A stretch of DNA of 63,294 nucleotides, counting the filler, from Anaerolineae bacterium (lineage in GTDB: Bacteria; Chloroflexota; Anaerolineae; Epilineales; Epilineaceae), in the NCBI GenBank assembly GCA_029262755.1. It is 6 parts of 6 records of this genome, joined end to end, with 100 filler letters (N's around TTAATTAATTAA, not from the genome) between each part and the next. Parts side by side here need not be neighbours in the genome. Positions count along the whole stretch, not along the records: positions 20,887 to 37,867 come from JAJCYU010000215.1; positions 37,968 to 48,965 come from JAJCYU010000216.1; 4 more parts are not named here. The stretch is one strand, 5' to 3'. Within the stretch, counting starts at the first letter, position 1. The number at the start of each line of letters is the position of its first letter. Shown here in pieces: positions 28,469 through 38,402 of this stretch. The notes beneath the pieces are model-generated. The model saw only the letters and a list, made by a program, of their open reading frames with translations, did no database searches and had not been told where the DNA came from. The position numbers and the translations under genes were made by a program.

Positions 28469-31344
28469 GGTGAATTGTCGCTCGTGCCGTCGGCGTCGAT
28501 CGCGCTCTCGTTGTCGCCCGCGATTGGCGCGTCGACCGCGCCCGATTCGGGGACCGTGCCCGCTACGTCGCCCGCGCCTCCTGCGTCACCATCGTCCGAC
28601 TCGTCACCTGCCGTTCCCGCTTCCGGCGACCGGTCCGGCTCCGCCATCGACGTTCCGGCGCCCTCCGCGCCGCTGCCCATCTCGTGACCTTCGTGCGCAG
28701 CAGGCAGCCGCCACGACGGGCGTGCCCACGCCTCGGCTTCGCCCGTGCCTTCGCGCAGGTGGTAGGCGCCGTCGAGCGCGAGTCCTGCGAAGCGCTCCGT
28801 GGCTCCGCCCGGCCAGCGCACCGTCGCGTCGCGCACCGCGGTGGCGTCGCCGAGTCCCATCTCGGCGCGCAGGCTGTTTGCGCCGAAGGTGCCGCCGGAG
28901 CCGACGAGGTGGTGGATGATGCGCTCGCCGGAAGGCGTCGCGACCGTCACGCGGATGCGTGCCCCGATCGCGTCGCGGTTGGAACGTGTGCCGATCAGGT
29001 CGAGGCTCAGCCAGCGGCGGCCTGCTTCGGGTCCCGGGTTGGCGAAGAAGGCGTTGGGATACCAGTCGCCCGCGAGTGCGCCGCCGAGCACGGCGTACAC
29101 GTCCTCGTCGCCGTCGTGATCGACGTCGCCGAAGGCCACGCCGTGGCCCTTCTGCAGGTGGCCGAGGCCGGCGGAAGTGGTCACGTCCTGGAAGAGTCCC
29201 GCGCCGGCATTGCGGTAGGCGCGGTTGGGAACGAGGGCGCGGTAATCCGGCTCGCCCGTGCCCACGTAGAGATCCGGCCGACCGTCCGTGTCCAGATCCC
29301 CATAATTGGCGCCCATCGCAAGCAGCACGTCGTCCACGCCGGCTGCTGCCGCCACGTCCTCGAAGCGCCCGTCGCCGCGGTTGCGGTACATCCGCGGCCG
29401 CTCCGCCGCGGCGGGCAGACCGAGTACGTCCGCCGCGACGTCGCCGACGCTTTCGTGCAGGAAGTCCGCGGGATCGCCGTAGCCGGCCACGAACAGGTCC
29501 AAGCGCCCGTCGCCGTCCTCGTCCCAAAACCACGCGGGGAAGCTCGCGATCGGTTCTGCGACGCCTGCTTCCGCGGTGATGTCGGTGAAGCGCCACGGGA
29601 CGGCGGCGCGGGTCTCGGTCGGGGGGTTGGGATCCGCCGCAGCACCAGTATCGCCCTCGCCCTCGCCCTCGCCTCCACCGTCGCCGCCCTCCTCCTGCTC
29701 GCCGGCGGCGATGGGACCATCGTTGCGGAAGAGTTGGTTGGGCTGGAGCATGCGGGACAGGAACAGATCGGGGTCGCCGTCGTCGTCGATATCGCCCCAG
29801 GTCACGCCCTTCGTGAAGCCGACGCTGGCCAGGCCGACGGCCTCCGCCACGTCGGTGAACGTGCCGTCGCCGTTGTTGCGGTACAGCGCGTTAGGGCGCG
29901 CCTCGCCACCCGTGCCGAAGCCGTAGCGCCGGGCTTCTTCGCCGCTGACGTTGGCGGGTGGGCTCTCGTGGCCGATGTACAGGTCCAAGAACCCGTCGCC
30001 GTCGTAGTCGGCCCAAGCGGCCGTCTGGGTGGGCCACTCGTCGTCCAGCCCGGCTTGCAGCGTGACATCCTCGAATCGGCCGCCGCCCAGATTGCGCAGC
30101 AGCGAGTTGGGCTGGCGGCCTTGGTCGAAACGCCATGCGCCGCGTAGCAGCAGCACGTCGCGCAGCCCGTCGTTGTCGTAGTCGGCTTGGATGAGGTTGA
30201 GACCGCCCGTGATCCCGATCAGGCCGGCTTCGGCCGTCCGCTCCACGAAGGACAGGAGGGGCGCAGCGGCAGGGTCGGCTTCATTGGCCTCGTTTGTGTC
30301 GAATGCGCCTTCGCCTTCGCTGTCGCCGACCAGGGCCTCGCTCTGGTTCTCGAAGTAGCGGAGTTGATCGCGCTCGCCCCAAGACGAGACCATGAGATCG
30401 AGGTCGCCGTCGGCATCCAGATCGTCCAGCACGACGCCGCCGGCGAGCTCGGGTACGTCGACGCCGAGCGCGGGCGCGATGTCGAGGAAGCGCGGGAACG
30501 CGGTATCCGATTCGAAGGCGGCTTCTGCGATGCGCCAGCGCTCCGGAACGCTGTCCGGCCACGTGCCGAGGGTCATGGCGGCGATGTTGAGCAACCAACG
30601 ATGTACGAGATCGTCGGGCTCGGCCGCGAGCAGTGCCTCCAATTCGGCCGTCGCGGCGCTCGAGCCGCGGCCGTCGACGTGGATGCCGCCGCCCTGGATC
30701 GGCAGCAGGCAGCTGTCGGCGTTGTGGTTGCCGACGCAGTTGGCTTGCTCGCCCAATCGCAGATAGGTGATCGCGAGCAACGAGGCGAGGTCGCGCAGGG
30801 TGTCGCGCGGTGGGTTTGGTTGGTCGAGCAGCGCCGTTCGGACGCCGCGTAGTAGCCCGGCCGCTTCCTCGAACTCGCCAAGGCCGATCAGCTCAAGCGC
30901 GAGCAGGCTGTCGTAGTTGAGCCGTGCGCGTTGGTCGAGCTGATCCGGCGTCGAGCGGCGGAGCATCGCCACCCGTTCTTGCGCGAGGTAGACGCTGCGC
31001 CGCGGGTCGAGGCCGCCGCGCAGCGCCTCGAGGCGCGCGACCATCGCGTTCGTGCCGGGAGCGCGCAGCGCGTCGGCGCCCGGTGGCGGCGTGGCGCTAG
31101 GCAGCCGTCCGCGCCCGACAGGCAGGTCCTCCGGTGCAATCGTCGAGCGCGGTACGACGGGGCCGCCGGCGCCCACGGGCCCACCTCCGGGCGCGGGCAC
31201 CAGGGCGGCCGTCGGCGGCGCGCCCGGCGGCTCACGATCGGCGCCGCGGCAGGCCGTGGTGGCGACGAGCGATAGGAAGAGGGCGAGGATGAGGGCGAGG
31301 AATCGGACGGGGTTGCGTGGGCCTACGACTCGGATGATCCTCAT
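28465..31344 (-). CDS. CRTAC1/ASPIC-UnbV family FG-GAP repeat lipoprotein
   Basis: Lipobox-like TAC, TPR-like helices, many DxDxDGxxD FG-GAP repeats, C-terminal SNRDAIGARI...GLG...VRWP ASPIC domain. ATGA overlap with the upstream gene. Confidence 0.88.
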   Translation of the reverse strand: MRIIRVVGPRNPVRFLALILALFLSLVATTACRGADREPPGAPPTAALVPAPGGGPVGAGGPVVPRSTIAPEDLPVGRGRLPSATPPPGADALRAPGTNAMVARLEALRGGLDPRRSVYLAQERVAMLRRSTPDQLDQRARLNYDSLLALELIGLGEFEEAAGLLRGVRTALLDQPNPPRDTLRDLASLLAITYLRLGEQANCVGNHNADSCLLPIQGGGIHVDGRGSSAATAELEALLAAEPDDLVHRWLLNIAAMTLGTWPDSVPERWRIAEAAFESDTAFPRFLDIAPALGVDVPELAGGVVLDDLDADGDLDLMVSSWGERDQLRYFENQSEALVGDSEGEGAFDTNEANEADPAAAPLLSFVERTAEAGLIGITGGLNLIQADYDNDGLRDVLLLRGAWRFDQGRQPNSLLRNLGGGRFEDVTLQAGLDDEWPTQTAAWADYDGDGFLDLYIGHESPPANVSGEEARRYGFGTGGEARPNALYRNNGDGTFTDVAEAVGLASVGFTKGVTWGDIDDDGDPDLFLSRMLQPNQLFRNDGPIAAGEQEEGGDGGGEGEGEGDTGAAADPNPPTETRAAVPWRFTDITAEAGVAEPIASFPAWFWDEDGDGRLDLFVAGYGDPADFLHESVGDVAADVLGLPAAAERPRMYRNRGDGRFEDVAAAAGVDDVLLAMGANYGDLDTDGRPDLYVGTGEPDYRALVPNRAYRNAGAGLFQDVTTSAGLGHLQKGHGVAFGDVDHDGDEDVYAVLGGALAGDWYPNAFFANPGPEAGRRWLSLDLIGTRSNRDAIGARIRVTVATPSGERIIHHLVGSGGTFGANSLRAEMGLGDATAVRDATVRWPGGATERFAGLALDGAYHLREGTGEAEAWARPSWRLPAAHEGHEMGSGAEGAGTSMAEPDRSPEAGTAGDESDDGDAGGAGDVAGTVPESGAVDAPIAGDNESAIDADGTSDNSP

Positions 31345-33434
31345 TCGCTTGGCCGCCATGCGCCGGGCGTGAAGCGCTCCGGCGGCGTTCCTTCGACCCA
31401 GCGCAGCCAGACGCCGGGCGTGAGCGCTTCCGCGGGGGCCGTCTCCGTCGCACCGCCCGGCCAGCGGACCACGAGCGAGTCCAGATCTCTCGCGTCGCCG
31501 AGGCCGATGTGGATCCGTGGGTCGCTCGCCGAAAGGTAACTCCCCGCGCCGACGACCTGGCGCACGATGGTGCGGGCGCCGATTGTGGCGGTGACGACCG
31601 CGCCGACAGCGGAGCGGTTGGCGCGCGTGCCCTCCAGCCACAGGCCGAGGAAGCTGCCCGCCGGTGTCCCAACGTTGCGCAGGACGCGCGGCGCTGCGTT
31701 GTTCGCGGCGACGACGACGTCCAAGCGCCCGTCGCCGTCCAGGTCGCCTGTCGCGACGCCGCGGTGCACGCCCGGCTCGGCGATCCCGGGGCCGGCCGCC
31801 GCCGTCACGTCGACGAAGCGTCCGCCTTGGTTCTCGTAGAGGGTGTCGGGCTGCGCGAAGGTCAGCCCGGAGCCGAGATCGCCCGCGTTGTCGTTCAGGT
31901 GGCCGTTGGCGACGTAGATGTCCTCGTCGCCGTCGTTGTCCGCGTCGAAGGCGTCTACGCCGAAGCCCAGGCGCGCCCGCGCCGTCATCCCGATGCCGAG
32001 CGCGTCGCTGTCCTCGCGAAAGAACAGCGGCGCGGTCTGGAGGTACAGGCTGACGGATTCGCCCTGGAAGTTGGGCACGATCAGATCCTGGCGCCCGTCA
32101 CCGTCCAGATCGGACAGGTCGGCGCCCATGCCGGCTTCTTCCGCGCCGATGTTGCTGTAGGCCACGGCGGCCAAGCGCCCGGTCTCTTCGAAGTGGCCGG
32201 CTCCATCGCCCAGCCAGAGATGGTTGCGGGTCTGGTCGTTCGCGACGTACACGTCGATATCGCCGTCCAAGTCCACGTCGCCCGCCACCAGGGCTAGGCC
32301 CTTGCCCGGCGGCTCGGAGCTCAGCCCTGCCGCCTCGCTCACGTCGCTGAACCGGCCTGTGCCGTCGTTGGCCCACAGGCGGTCCGGCACCGCGTACGAG
32401 ATGTCGGGCCCGCAGTGAACGTGGACGCCCGTGTGGTAGCAGCGCACGGCCGTCGCGACGTCGTAGTCCGTGTAGCGCACCTGCCACAGGTCGAGGTCCC
32501 CGTCCTGGTCGATGTCGAGAAAGGCGGCGCTGGACGTCCACGCGCCGTCATCCTCGATGCCGGAAGCCGCCGTCACGTCCTCGAAGCCCGAGCCCGTGTT
32601 GCGCAGGACGCGCTCGCCCTCGCCGTAGGTGGCCAGGTACAAGTCGGGAAAGCCGTCGCCGTCGATGTCGCCCGCCGCCGCGCCCATGCCGTAGCCGAGG
32701 CCGTCCGCGACGAGCCCTCCAAGGCCCCACGCAGCCGTCACGTCCTCGAACTTTCCGCCGTCGTTGAGGAAGAGGCGTGGACCGCTGCCGGCCGGCACGT
32801 CGTCCTCGCCTACGCCGCCGCGCAGGACGCCGCTGTCGAGGAGCAGCAGGTCGGGATCACCGTCGCGGTCGACGTCGGACAACACCACGCCGCCGCCCAT
32901 ATTCTCGGGGGCGTAGCGCTCCGCGGTGTAGCCCGCGTGATGCTGGAAGGACACGCCGACCTCGTCGGTCACGTCGGCGAAGCGCAGCGCGGTCGCGGGC
33001 GTGGGCCGGGAGCTGGACTCCGATTGTTCACCGGTCCCGTCCGCGGCACCGGGCGACGATTGGGCGTCGTCCGCGGCACCGTCGTCTGCTCCACCGTCCT
33101 CTGCTCCACCGTCGCGCGCGGTCCCACGGTCGGCGTCGCTCTCTTCGACGCTGCCGTCCGGTCCACCGGGAGTTGCGTTGGCCCGCGCGGCGCTGTCGTT
33201 AGGGAGGCCATCGTCGGGGACGCCATCGGCTCCGCCCCCATCCGAGCACGCGCCCAGCGTCAACGCCACGAGGACGGTCTGTACGGCGGTCGCGAGCACG
33301 GCGCGGCGTGAAGCAGGGCGAAGCGGGACGTGGACGCAGCGGCGGTAGACCGGCGCGAGGATGCGGACGGGGCGCGAGAGGATGGCGACGGGGCGCGTGA
33401 CGGCACCGGACAACGTGGGGTGCGGATGGTTCAT
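31341..33434 (-). CDS. CRTAC1/ASPIC-UnbV family FG-GAP repeat lipoprotein
   Basis: LGAC lipobox, FADVT...G, FG-GAP repeats, NRSAVGA...YLSASDPRIHIGLG...VRWPGG. Confidence 0.9.
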   Translation of the reverse strand: MNHPHPTLSGAVTRPVAILSRPVRILAPVYRRCVHVPLRPASRRAVLATAVQTVLVALTLGACSDGGGADGVPDDGLPNDSAARANATPGGPDGSVEESDADRGTARDGGAEDGGADDGAADDAQSSPGAADGTGEQSESSSRPTPATALRFADVTDEVGVSFQHHAGYTAERYAPENMGGGVVLSDVDRDGDPDLLLLDSGVLRGGVGEDDVPAGSGPRLFLNDGGKFEDVTAAWGLGGLVADGLGYGMGAAAGDIDGDGFPDLYLATYGEGERVLRNTGSGFEDVTAASGIEDDGAWTSSAAFLDIDQDGDLDLWQVRYTDYDVATAVRCYHTGVHVHCGPDISYAVPDRLWANDGTGRFSDVSEAAGLSSEPPGKGLALVAGDVDLDGDIDVYVANDQTRNHLWLGDGAGHFEETGRLAAVAYSNIGAEEAGMGADLSDLDGDGRQDLIVPNFQGESVSLYLQTAPLFFREDSDALGIGMTARARLGFGVDAFDADNDGDEDIYVANGHLNDNAGDLGSGLTFAQPDTLYENQGGRFVDVTAAAGPGIAEPGVHRGVATGDLDGDGRLDVVVAANNAAPRVLRNVGTPAGSFLGLWLEGTRANRSAVGAVVTATIGARTIVRQVVGAGSYLSASDPRIHIGLGDARDLDSLVVRWPGGATETAPAEALTPGVWLRWVEGTPPERFTPGAWRPSE

Positions 33435-34681
33435 GGCGCAGCTCCGGTGCTCGTGTCGTCGTTCGCGCTGCCGTTCGCGCCGCCACCTGTCGCCGCACCG
33501 ATAGCCGCAGCGGTCGCGCGGGCGTCGGCGGCCGCGGGGGCGCGGTTCGTGGCGGCATAGATCTCGGCCGCGTACTCATGCAGCGTCTGGCGCAGGCTGG
33601 GGTCCTCCGCTTCGGCAAGCATCGTGTCGACCAAGCGCTCCGCCGCTGGTAGGTCGCGCGCTTGGAAGGCGGCCTTCAGCGCCTCGGCGCCGGCGGATAA
33701 GCGCATCTGACGGCCCTTGTCCTCGGCGGACCGGAGGTGGACCGCGTCCAACGTGGCGAAGGCGGCGGCGGCTTGTGCGCGTTGGCCGAGCGCGACGAAC
33801 GCACGGCCAAGGCCATCGAGCGCAGCCTGGGAATCGGGGTCGATGGCCAACACGTCTTCGAACAGGCCGCGCGCTGCATCGGCCTCGCCGGTCTCGAGAT
33901 CGACCATGCCGCGGATGATCAGCGCGTCGACGTGGTCAGTCGCGCGCAACGTTTCCATCACGCGATCGAGCCGGGCGCCGGCCGCCGCGCGTTGACCGAG
34001 GTGTCGTTCGACCCGCGCGGCGTAGTAGGCGAGATCCGCTTCGTCCGGCTGGGCGTCGGCCAGGGGCAGCAGGACGGCTTCCGCACGGTCCCAATCGCCG
34101 AGGCGCACGTAGACCTTGCCCAACGTGACGCGTTGCGCGGGTGTCAGATCGTCTCGGCCGGCGTATAGATCGCGCAGGCCCTCCCAGTCTTCGCGCGCCA
34201 CAAGCGCGTTGTTGAGCGCCGCGAAGAGGATGCTCTCTTCCGGATGCGCGTCGTAGAGACCGCGAAGGGTGTCGAGCTCCGCCGGTGCAAGGCGGTTGGC
34301 GGAGCCTTGCATGCGTTGCTGCAGCGCGGTCCAGGTGGCGAGCGCGTCGGGATCATCGGCCAGCCGCGATCCGGAGGATGGCGCGGCGGCCTGCGGATCC
34401 GCGTCGCTTGCTGCGCGGTCGATCGCGGACTCGCCGTCGCCGAGCGCCGCGTCGGTCACCGCGTCCGGGCCGCAGCCGAGCAGGCCGAAGGCCAGGACGA
34501 CGGGTACGAGGACGGCGGCTGCGAAGACGGACGGCACGGATAGGGTCGGCAGGGAGACGCTCGGCAGGGAGACGCTCGGTAGGGATACGGGCGGCACGCG
34601 TTCGGCGGGTACCGGGAAGCCGGGCGCGATCGTGCTTCCCCGCCCGCGGATCCCGTCGAGCCCGAACGTGGCGCGATTCAT
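33431..34681 (-). CDS. TPR-repeat lipoprotein
   Basis: LLGC lipobox, multiple TPR-like helical repeats, ATGA overlap with the next gene. Confidence 0.78.
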   Translation of the reverse strand: MNRATFGLDGIRGRGSTIAPGFPVPAERVPPVSLPSVSLPSVSLPTLSVPSVFAAAVLVPVVLAFGLLGCGPDAVTDAALGDGESAIDRAASDADPQAAAPSSGSRLADDPDALATWTALQQRMQGSANRLAPAELDTLRGLYDAHPEESILFAALNNALVAREDWEGLRDLYAGRDDLTPAQRVTLGKVYVRLGDWDRAEAVLLPLADAQPDEADLAYYAARVERHLGQRAAAGARLDRVMETLRATDHVDALIIRGMVDLETGEADAARGLFEDVLAIDPDSQAALDGLGRAFVALGQRAQAAAAFATLDAVHLRSAEDKGRQMRLSAGAEALKAAFQARDLPAAERLVDTMLAEAEDPSLRQTLHEYAAEIYAATNRAPAAADARATAAAIGAATGGGANGSANDDTSTGAAP

Positions 34682-34685
34682 CCCG

Positions 34686-36893
34686 TCACCCCACCGCCTC
34701 GGCGTCCAGCCAGCGGGCGAGCCAGCCCAAGACCTCGCCGTACCAATGGAGGCTGTTGGCGCGCTTGAGGATCCAGTGATTTTCGTCCGGGTAGATCACC
34801 AGGCGGGCAGGAAGGCCGCGCGCCTTGTACGTGGCGTAGATCTGCAATCCCTGCGCGTAGGGCACCCGGTAGTCTTTCTGGCCGTGGAGGACGAGCATGG
34901 GCGTGCGCAGGTCCTCGGCGTGGCGCAGCGGGTTCCAACGATCGAGGCCGTCGAGGTTGTCCCACAGCTCGCCGCCGAAGCTGCGCGGCCGACCCTGGGT
35001 GAGGTCGGACGCGAACTGGGTCTGGAAGTCGCAGACGCCGGCGTGGTTGACCGCGCAGGTGTAGCGCGAGGTCTGGGTGCACAACCAGCTGACGAGGTAG
35101 CCGCCGTAGGAGCCGCCGGTGATCGCCATCCGGCTTGGATCCACCCAGCCGCGCGCGAGCAGCGCGTCCGTCGCGGCCTCGACGTCGGCCGTCGGTTGAT
35201 CGCCCCAGCGGCCCAGGATCGAGCGCGTGAAGGCGTCGCCGAAGCCCGTGGAGCCGTGGAAGTTCACCAGCGCGCACAGGCGGCCCGGTGCGGCGAAGAC
35301 CTGGCTGCTCCAGCGCCAATGCCAGCCGTCGCCGAAGGCGCCGTGCGGCCCGCCGTGAATCATGTGCACCAGCGGCAAAGGCTCGACGGTGGCGGTGGGG
35401 GCGAGTTCGGCATGGTCCGGGTCGATCGTCGCTGCGCTCTGGTGATCGGCCGGCGGCTGGACGCCAGGTGGCCAGACCAAGAACGCCTGTACCTCGTCGC
35501 CGCCGTGGCCTGCGAAGCGCATCTCGCGCACGGCGCCAAGCGCGATGCCCTCGAGGGCGTCGGCGGTGAAGTGGGTGAGGCGGGTGGCTTCCGCGCCTCG
35601 CGGCCCCCGAACGTTCGCGGTTGCGACGTAGATCTCCGGCGGTGCATCGAGGGCATGGCGGGTGAAGAAGGCGCGACCGCCGGCGATCTGCAAGCCCGCG
35701 AATGATGCGCCCCGTTCCTGCTCGGCGGGCGGGTGCGCGTCGGGATCGCGGCGTGCCGCGTCGAGGTCGAGCGTGAAGCGAGCCGTGCGACCGTCCGATT
35801 CGGCCAACAGATGCAGGGTGCGGGCGTCGGCGGGATCGAAGGTCCAGCCGGCGGCCGATGAATCCCAGGATTCGGTGAGCACCGTATCGGCGCCCGTCGC
35901 GCGGTCGTGGCTGACCAAGCGGGTCCGATCCGCGTAGAAATCGTGCTCGCGGCGCAGGCCGTAGATCAGCGACCGCCCGTAGGGAGCGTAGATGGGCCGC
36001 GCGCCCGTGCTCGCGTCGTCGTCGGCGGAGATCAGCACGGCCGGGTCATCGTCTTCGCCCGGCGCCGGCGCACCGCGGGGCGGGATGGGCAGCGTGAACA
36101 CGCCCCACAAGAGCTGTGTGTGCGGTGATTCGGAGCGGCAGGCCGCGAACGCGACCTCTTCGCCGTCCGGCGCCACGTCGAAGGCGTTGCCTGGGTCCAT
36201 CCAAGGCAGCCAGCGCGTGGAGCCCGGCATGAGGTCGTGCAGATCGCCCGTGGCGGGGTCGAGCACGAAGAGGTGGTGGACGCTGCCTTCGGTCAGCCAG
36301 TGGTCCCAGAAGCGCACGACGCGATCCTCGCTGACCAGGGCTGTCACGGGATCGTCGGCGAGGGCCGCTTTGCGTGCCGCGGCGGCGGTGGGCGTGCGCG
36401 CGTCACGGTACACGGCCGCGGCGAGCACGAGCCGTCCGTCGGGTAGCCAACGTGCGCCGGCGACGCCGAGCGGAAGGTCGGTCACGCGCTCCGCTTCGCC
36501 GCCTTCGAGGGGCAGCACGTAGAGCTGGCGCTCATCGGGGTGGAGCGGCCCGGCCGCGCCTTCTTTGGCCGGATCGCCGCCCGGCTTGCGCAGGAAGGCA
36601 AGGTGTTGGCCGTCTCGGGAGAGGGAGGGCGCCGTGCTCGACGCGTCCTCGGCGGTCAGCGGTCGAGGCGTCGCGCTGCCGAGCAGGGCACGCGGCCGGT
36701 CGTCGCCTTCGACGACCGCGCTCGTTGCGACGTCGCCGGCAGGCACGTACCACAGCCGGGTCGTGCCCTTGTCGGCGACCGCGTCATGGGTCGTGACGGG
36801 TACGATGCACGCGGCGCCGTCCGGCAAGGGCAGGGGCGCCCCGACGCGTGGGATTTGCCACAGGCTTTCCGCGGTGAGGGGGGCAGACGTCAC
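34686..36893 (-). CDS. S9 family (prolyl oligopeptidase/acylaminoacyl) peptidase
   Basis: IHGGPH, GGSYGG nucleophile motif, HGQKDYRV, YPDENHW, N-terminal propeller. Confidence 0.93.
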   Translation of the reverse strand: MTSAPLTAESLWQIPRVGAPLPLPDGAACIVPVTTHDAVADKGTTRLWYVPAGDVATSAVVEGDDRPRALLGSATPRPLTAEDASSTAPSLSRDGQHLAFLRKPGGDPAKEGAAGPLHPDERQLYVLPLEGGEAERVTDLPLGVAGARWLPDGRLVLAAAVYRDARTPTAAAARKAALADDPVTALVSEDRVVRFWDHWLTEGSVHHLFVLDPATGDLHDLMPGSTRWLPWMDPGNAFDVAPDGEEVAFAACRSESPHTQLLWGVFTLPIPPRGAPAPGEDDDPAVLISADDDASTGARPIYAPYGRSLIYGLRREHDFYADRTRLVSHDRATGADTVLTESWDSSAAGWTFDPADARTLHLLAESDGRTARFTLDLDAARRDPDAHPPAEQERGASFAGLQIAGGRAFFTRHALDAPPEIYVATANVRGPRGAEATRLTHFTADALEGIALGAVREMRFAGHGGDEVQAFLVWPPGVQPPADHQSAATIDPDHAELAPTATVEPLPLVHMIHGGPHGAFGDGWHWRWSSQVFAAPGRLCALVNFHGSTGFGDAFTRSILGRWGDQPTADVEAATDALLARGWVDPSRMAITGGSYGGYLVSWLCTQTSRYTCAVNHAGVCDFQTQFASDLTQGRPRSFGGELWDNLDGLDRWNPLRHAEDLRTPMLVLHGQKDYRVPYAQGLQIYATYKARGLPARLVIYPDENHWILKRANSLHWYGEVLGWLARWLDAEAVG

Positions 36894-37102
36894 GGTGCGC
36901 TCCTGGGGCTATCGTCGGCGCCGGGCGGGGTTCGTACGATGGGGTCGACGCCTGCCGATCAGCACGGCCGCACGGCGATTCATACGAAGGATGTGCTGCG
37001 CCAGGCGAACCATCCGGAGGGGCACGGTGCGAGGCGCGTATAATCCCGGTGGGCGGCCGATTCTATCACAGCCGTCGAGCCCGAATTCACCGGAGAAGCG
37101 CC

Positions 37103-37570
37103 ATGCGTCGTGACGAGCTCGTAACCTATCTCGATGACCTGCTGGACATCCATGGCATGGCCGACTACGGGCCGCAGGGCTTGCAGGTGGAGGGGCGCGG
37201 CACCGTCGAGCGCATCATCGGCCTCGTCGACGCGGCGCCGGCTTGTGTCGCGGCCGCCGTGGAGCACCAGGCCGACCTGATGCTCGTGCACCACGGCATA
37301 TTTTGGGGGCCGACCCAGCGGCTGGCCGGTCCCTTCGGGCGACACGTGCGCTCGATCGTCGAGAGCGGGATCAACCTCTACGCGGCCCACCTCGCGCTCG
37401 ATGGCCACCGCGTGTACGGCAACAACGCCGTGCTCGCCGAGCGGCTCGGTCTCACGGTCGTCGATTGGTGGGGCGTAACGGGAGGGCGGGAAAATGCCTT
37501 GGTGCTTGGAGACGTGGATGCCGATGGTTTCTTTGATCTGCTGGTCGAACGCCTAGCCAATTTGAACTGA
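37103..37570 (+). CDS. Nif3-like dinuclear metal protein N-terminus joined to a nucleoside hydrolase C-terminal tail (chimeric)
   Basis: DYGPQGLQVEG, LVHHGIFW and LYAAHLALDGH are Nif3 motifs. VVDWWGVTG...DVDADGFFDLLVERL is typical of IU-nucleoside hydrolase ends. Confidence 0.75.
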   Translation: MRRDELVTYLDDLLDIHGMADYGPQGLQVEGRGTVERIIGLVDAAPACVAAAVEHQADLMLVHHGIFWGPTQRLAGPFGRHVRSIVESGINLYAAHLALDGHRVYGNNAVLAERLGLTVVDWWGVTGGRENALVLGDVDADGFFDLLVERLANLN

Positions 37571-37599
37571 ACGACACCCGACAGAACGAGGTTTCAAAT

Positions 37600-37867
37600 A
37601 TGACGGCACGGCGCGAGCTTTATCTTATCTCTGGTTCTCCTCCCTGTTGGACGGTCATGTTGGCGTTGGAGATGATGGGGTTGGAGTATCAACAGCGGCG
37701 GCTGGATAACGCCAAACGCGAACAGAAAAGTCCTGACTACTTGGCGATAAACCCGCGCGGTCAAGTCCCCACTTTGGTTGATGGCGACGTCACGGTTTCC
37801 GAGACTCTGGCCATTCTCGCTTATTTGGACACGGGCCATCCCGATGCGCCCCTTTTCGGCGGCGATG
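37600..37867 (+). CDS. Glutathione S-transferase family protein (N-terminal part, truncated)
   Basis: GSPPCW, YLAINPRGQVPTLVDG and SETLAILAYL motifs. Confidence 0.9.
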
Positions 37868-37967
37868 NNNNNNNNNNNNNNNNNNNNNNNNNNNNNNNNN
37901 NNNNNNNNNNNTTAATTAATTAANNNNNNNNNNNNNNNNNNNNNNNNNNNNNNNNNNNNNNNNNNNN
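37868..37967. other. Artificial contig spacer
   Basis: N run with TTAATTAATTAA. Confidence 0.97.
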
Positions 37968-38276
37968 TGGATCGAGGGCCGGATCGAGCGCAAAGACCCG
38001 CGAGTGCAACGCGACGTAGGCGCGCCGCTCGTCGGCGACGATCGGGCCGTAGCGTCCACCGTGCTCGAGGACCGGGGTTATCGGGGCAAGGGCGGGTTGC
38101 GCGGCGAGGGCGGCGGGCGCGGCGGCCGGGCGAGCGTGGGCGGTCTCGGCCGGGCGCGCGCGGGCGGGGACGGGTAGGTCGGTCCGGGTCGTTACGGCAG
38201 CAACCATGACGATGGATAGTGCGAGGAGCACCGGCATTCGAGTGAGTAGGCGATTCAGGATTGGAGTGATGCGCAT
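37968..38276 (-). CDS. Secreted beta-propeller paralog (3' truncated)
   Basis: GAGG RBS, signal peptide, LEHGGRYGPI...YVALHSRVFALDP family motif. Confidence 0.75.
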
Positions 38277-38402
38277 GTTCGTATCCTCGCAAACGGCGCG
38301 TTCTACGACTCGTTCCGGGGCGCGCGCCTCGTGTAGCTAGTGACGCAACCGCGTGCCCATTCCGATCGACGACTTCGGTTCCCGAGACGACCGACCCCAC
38401 GG

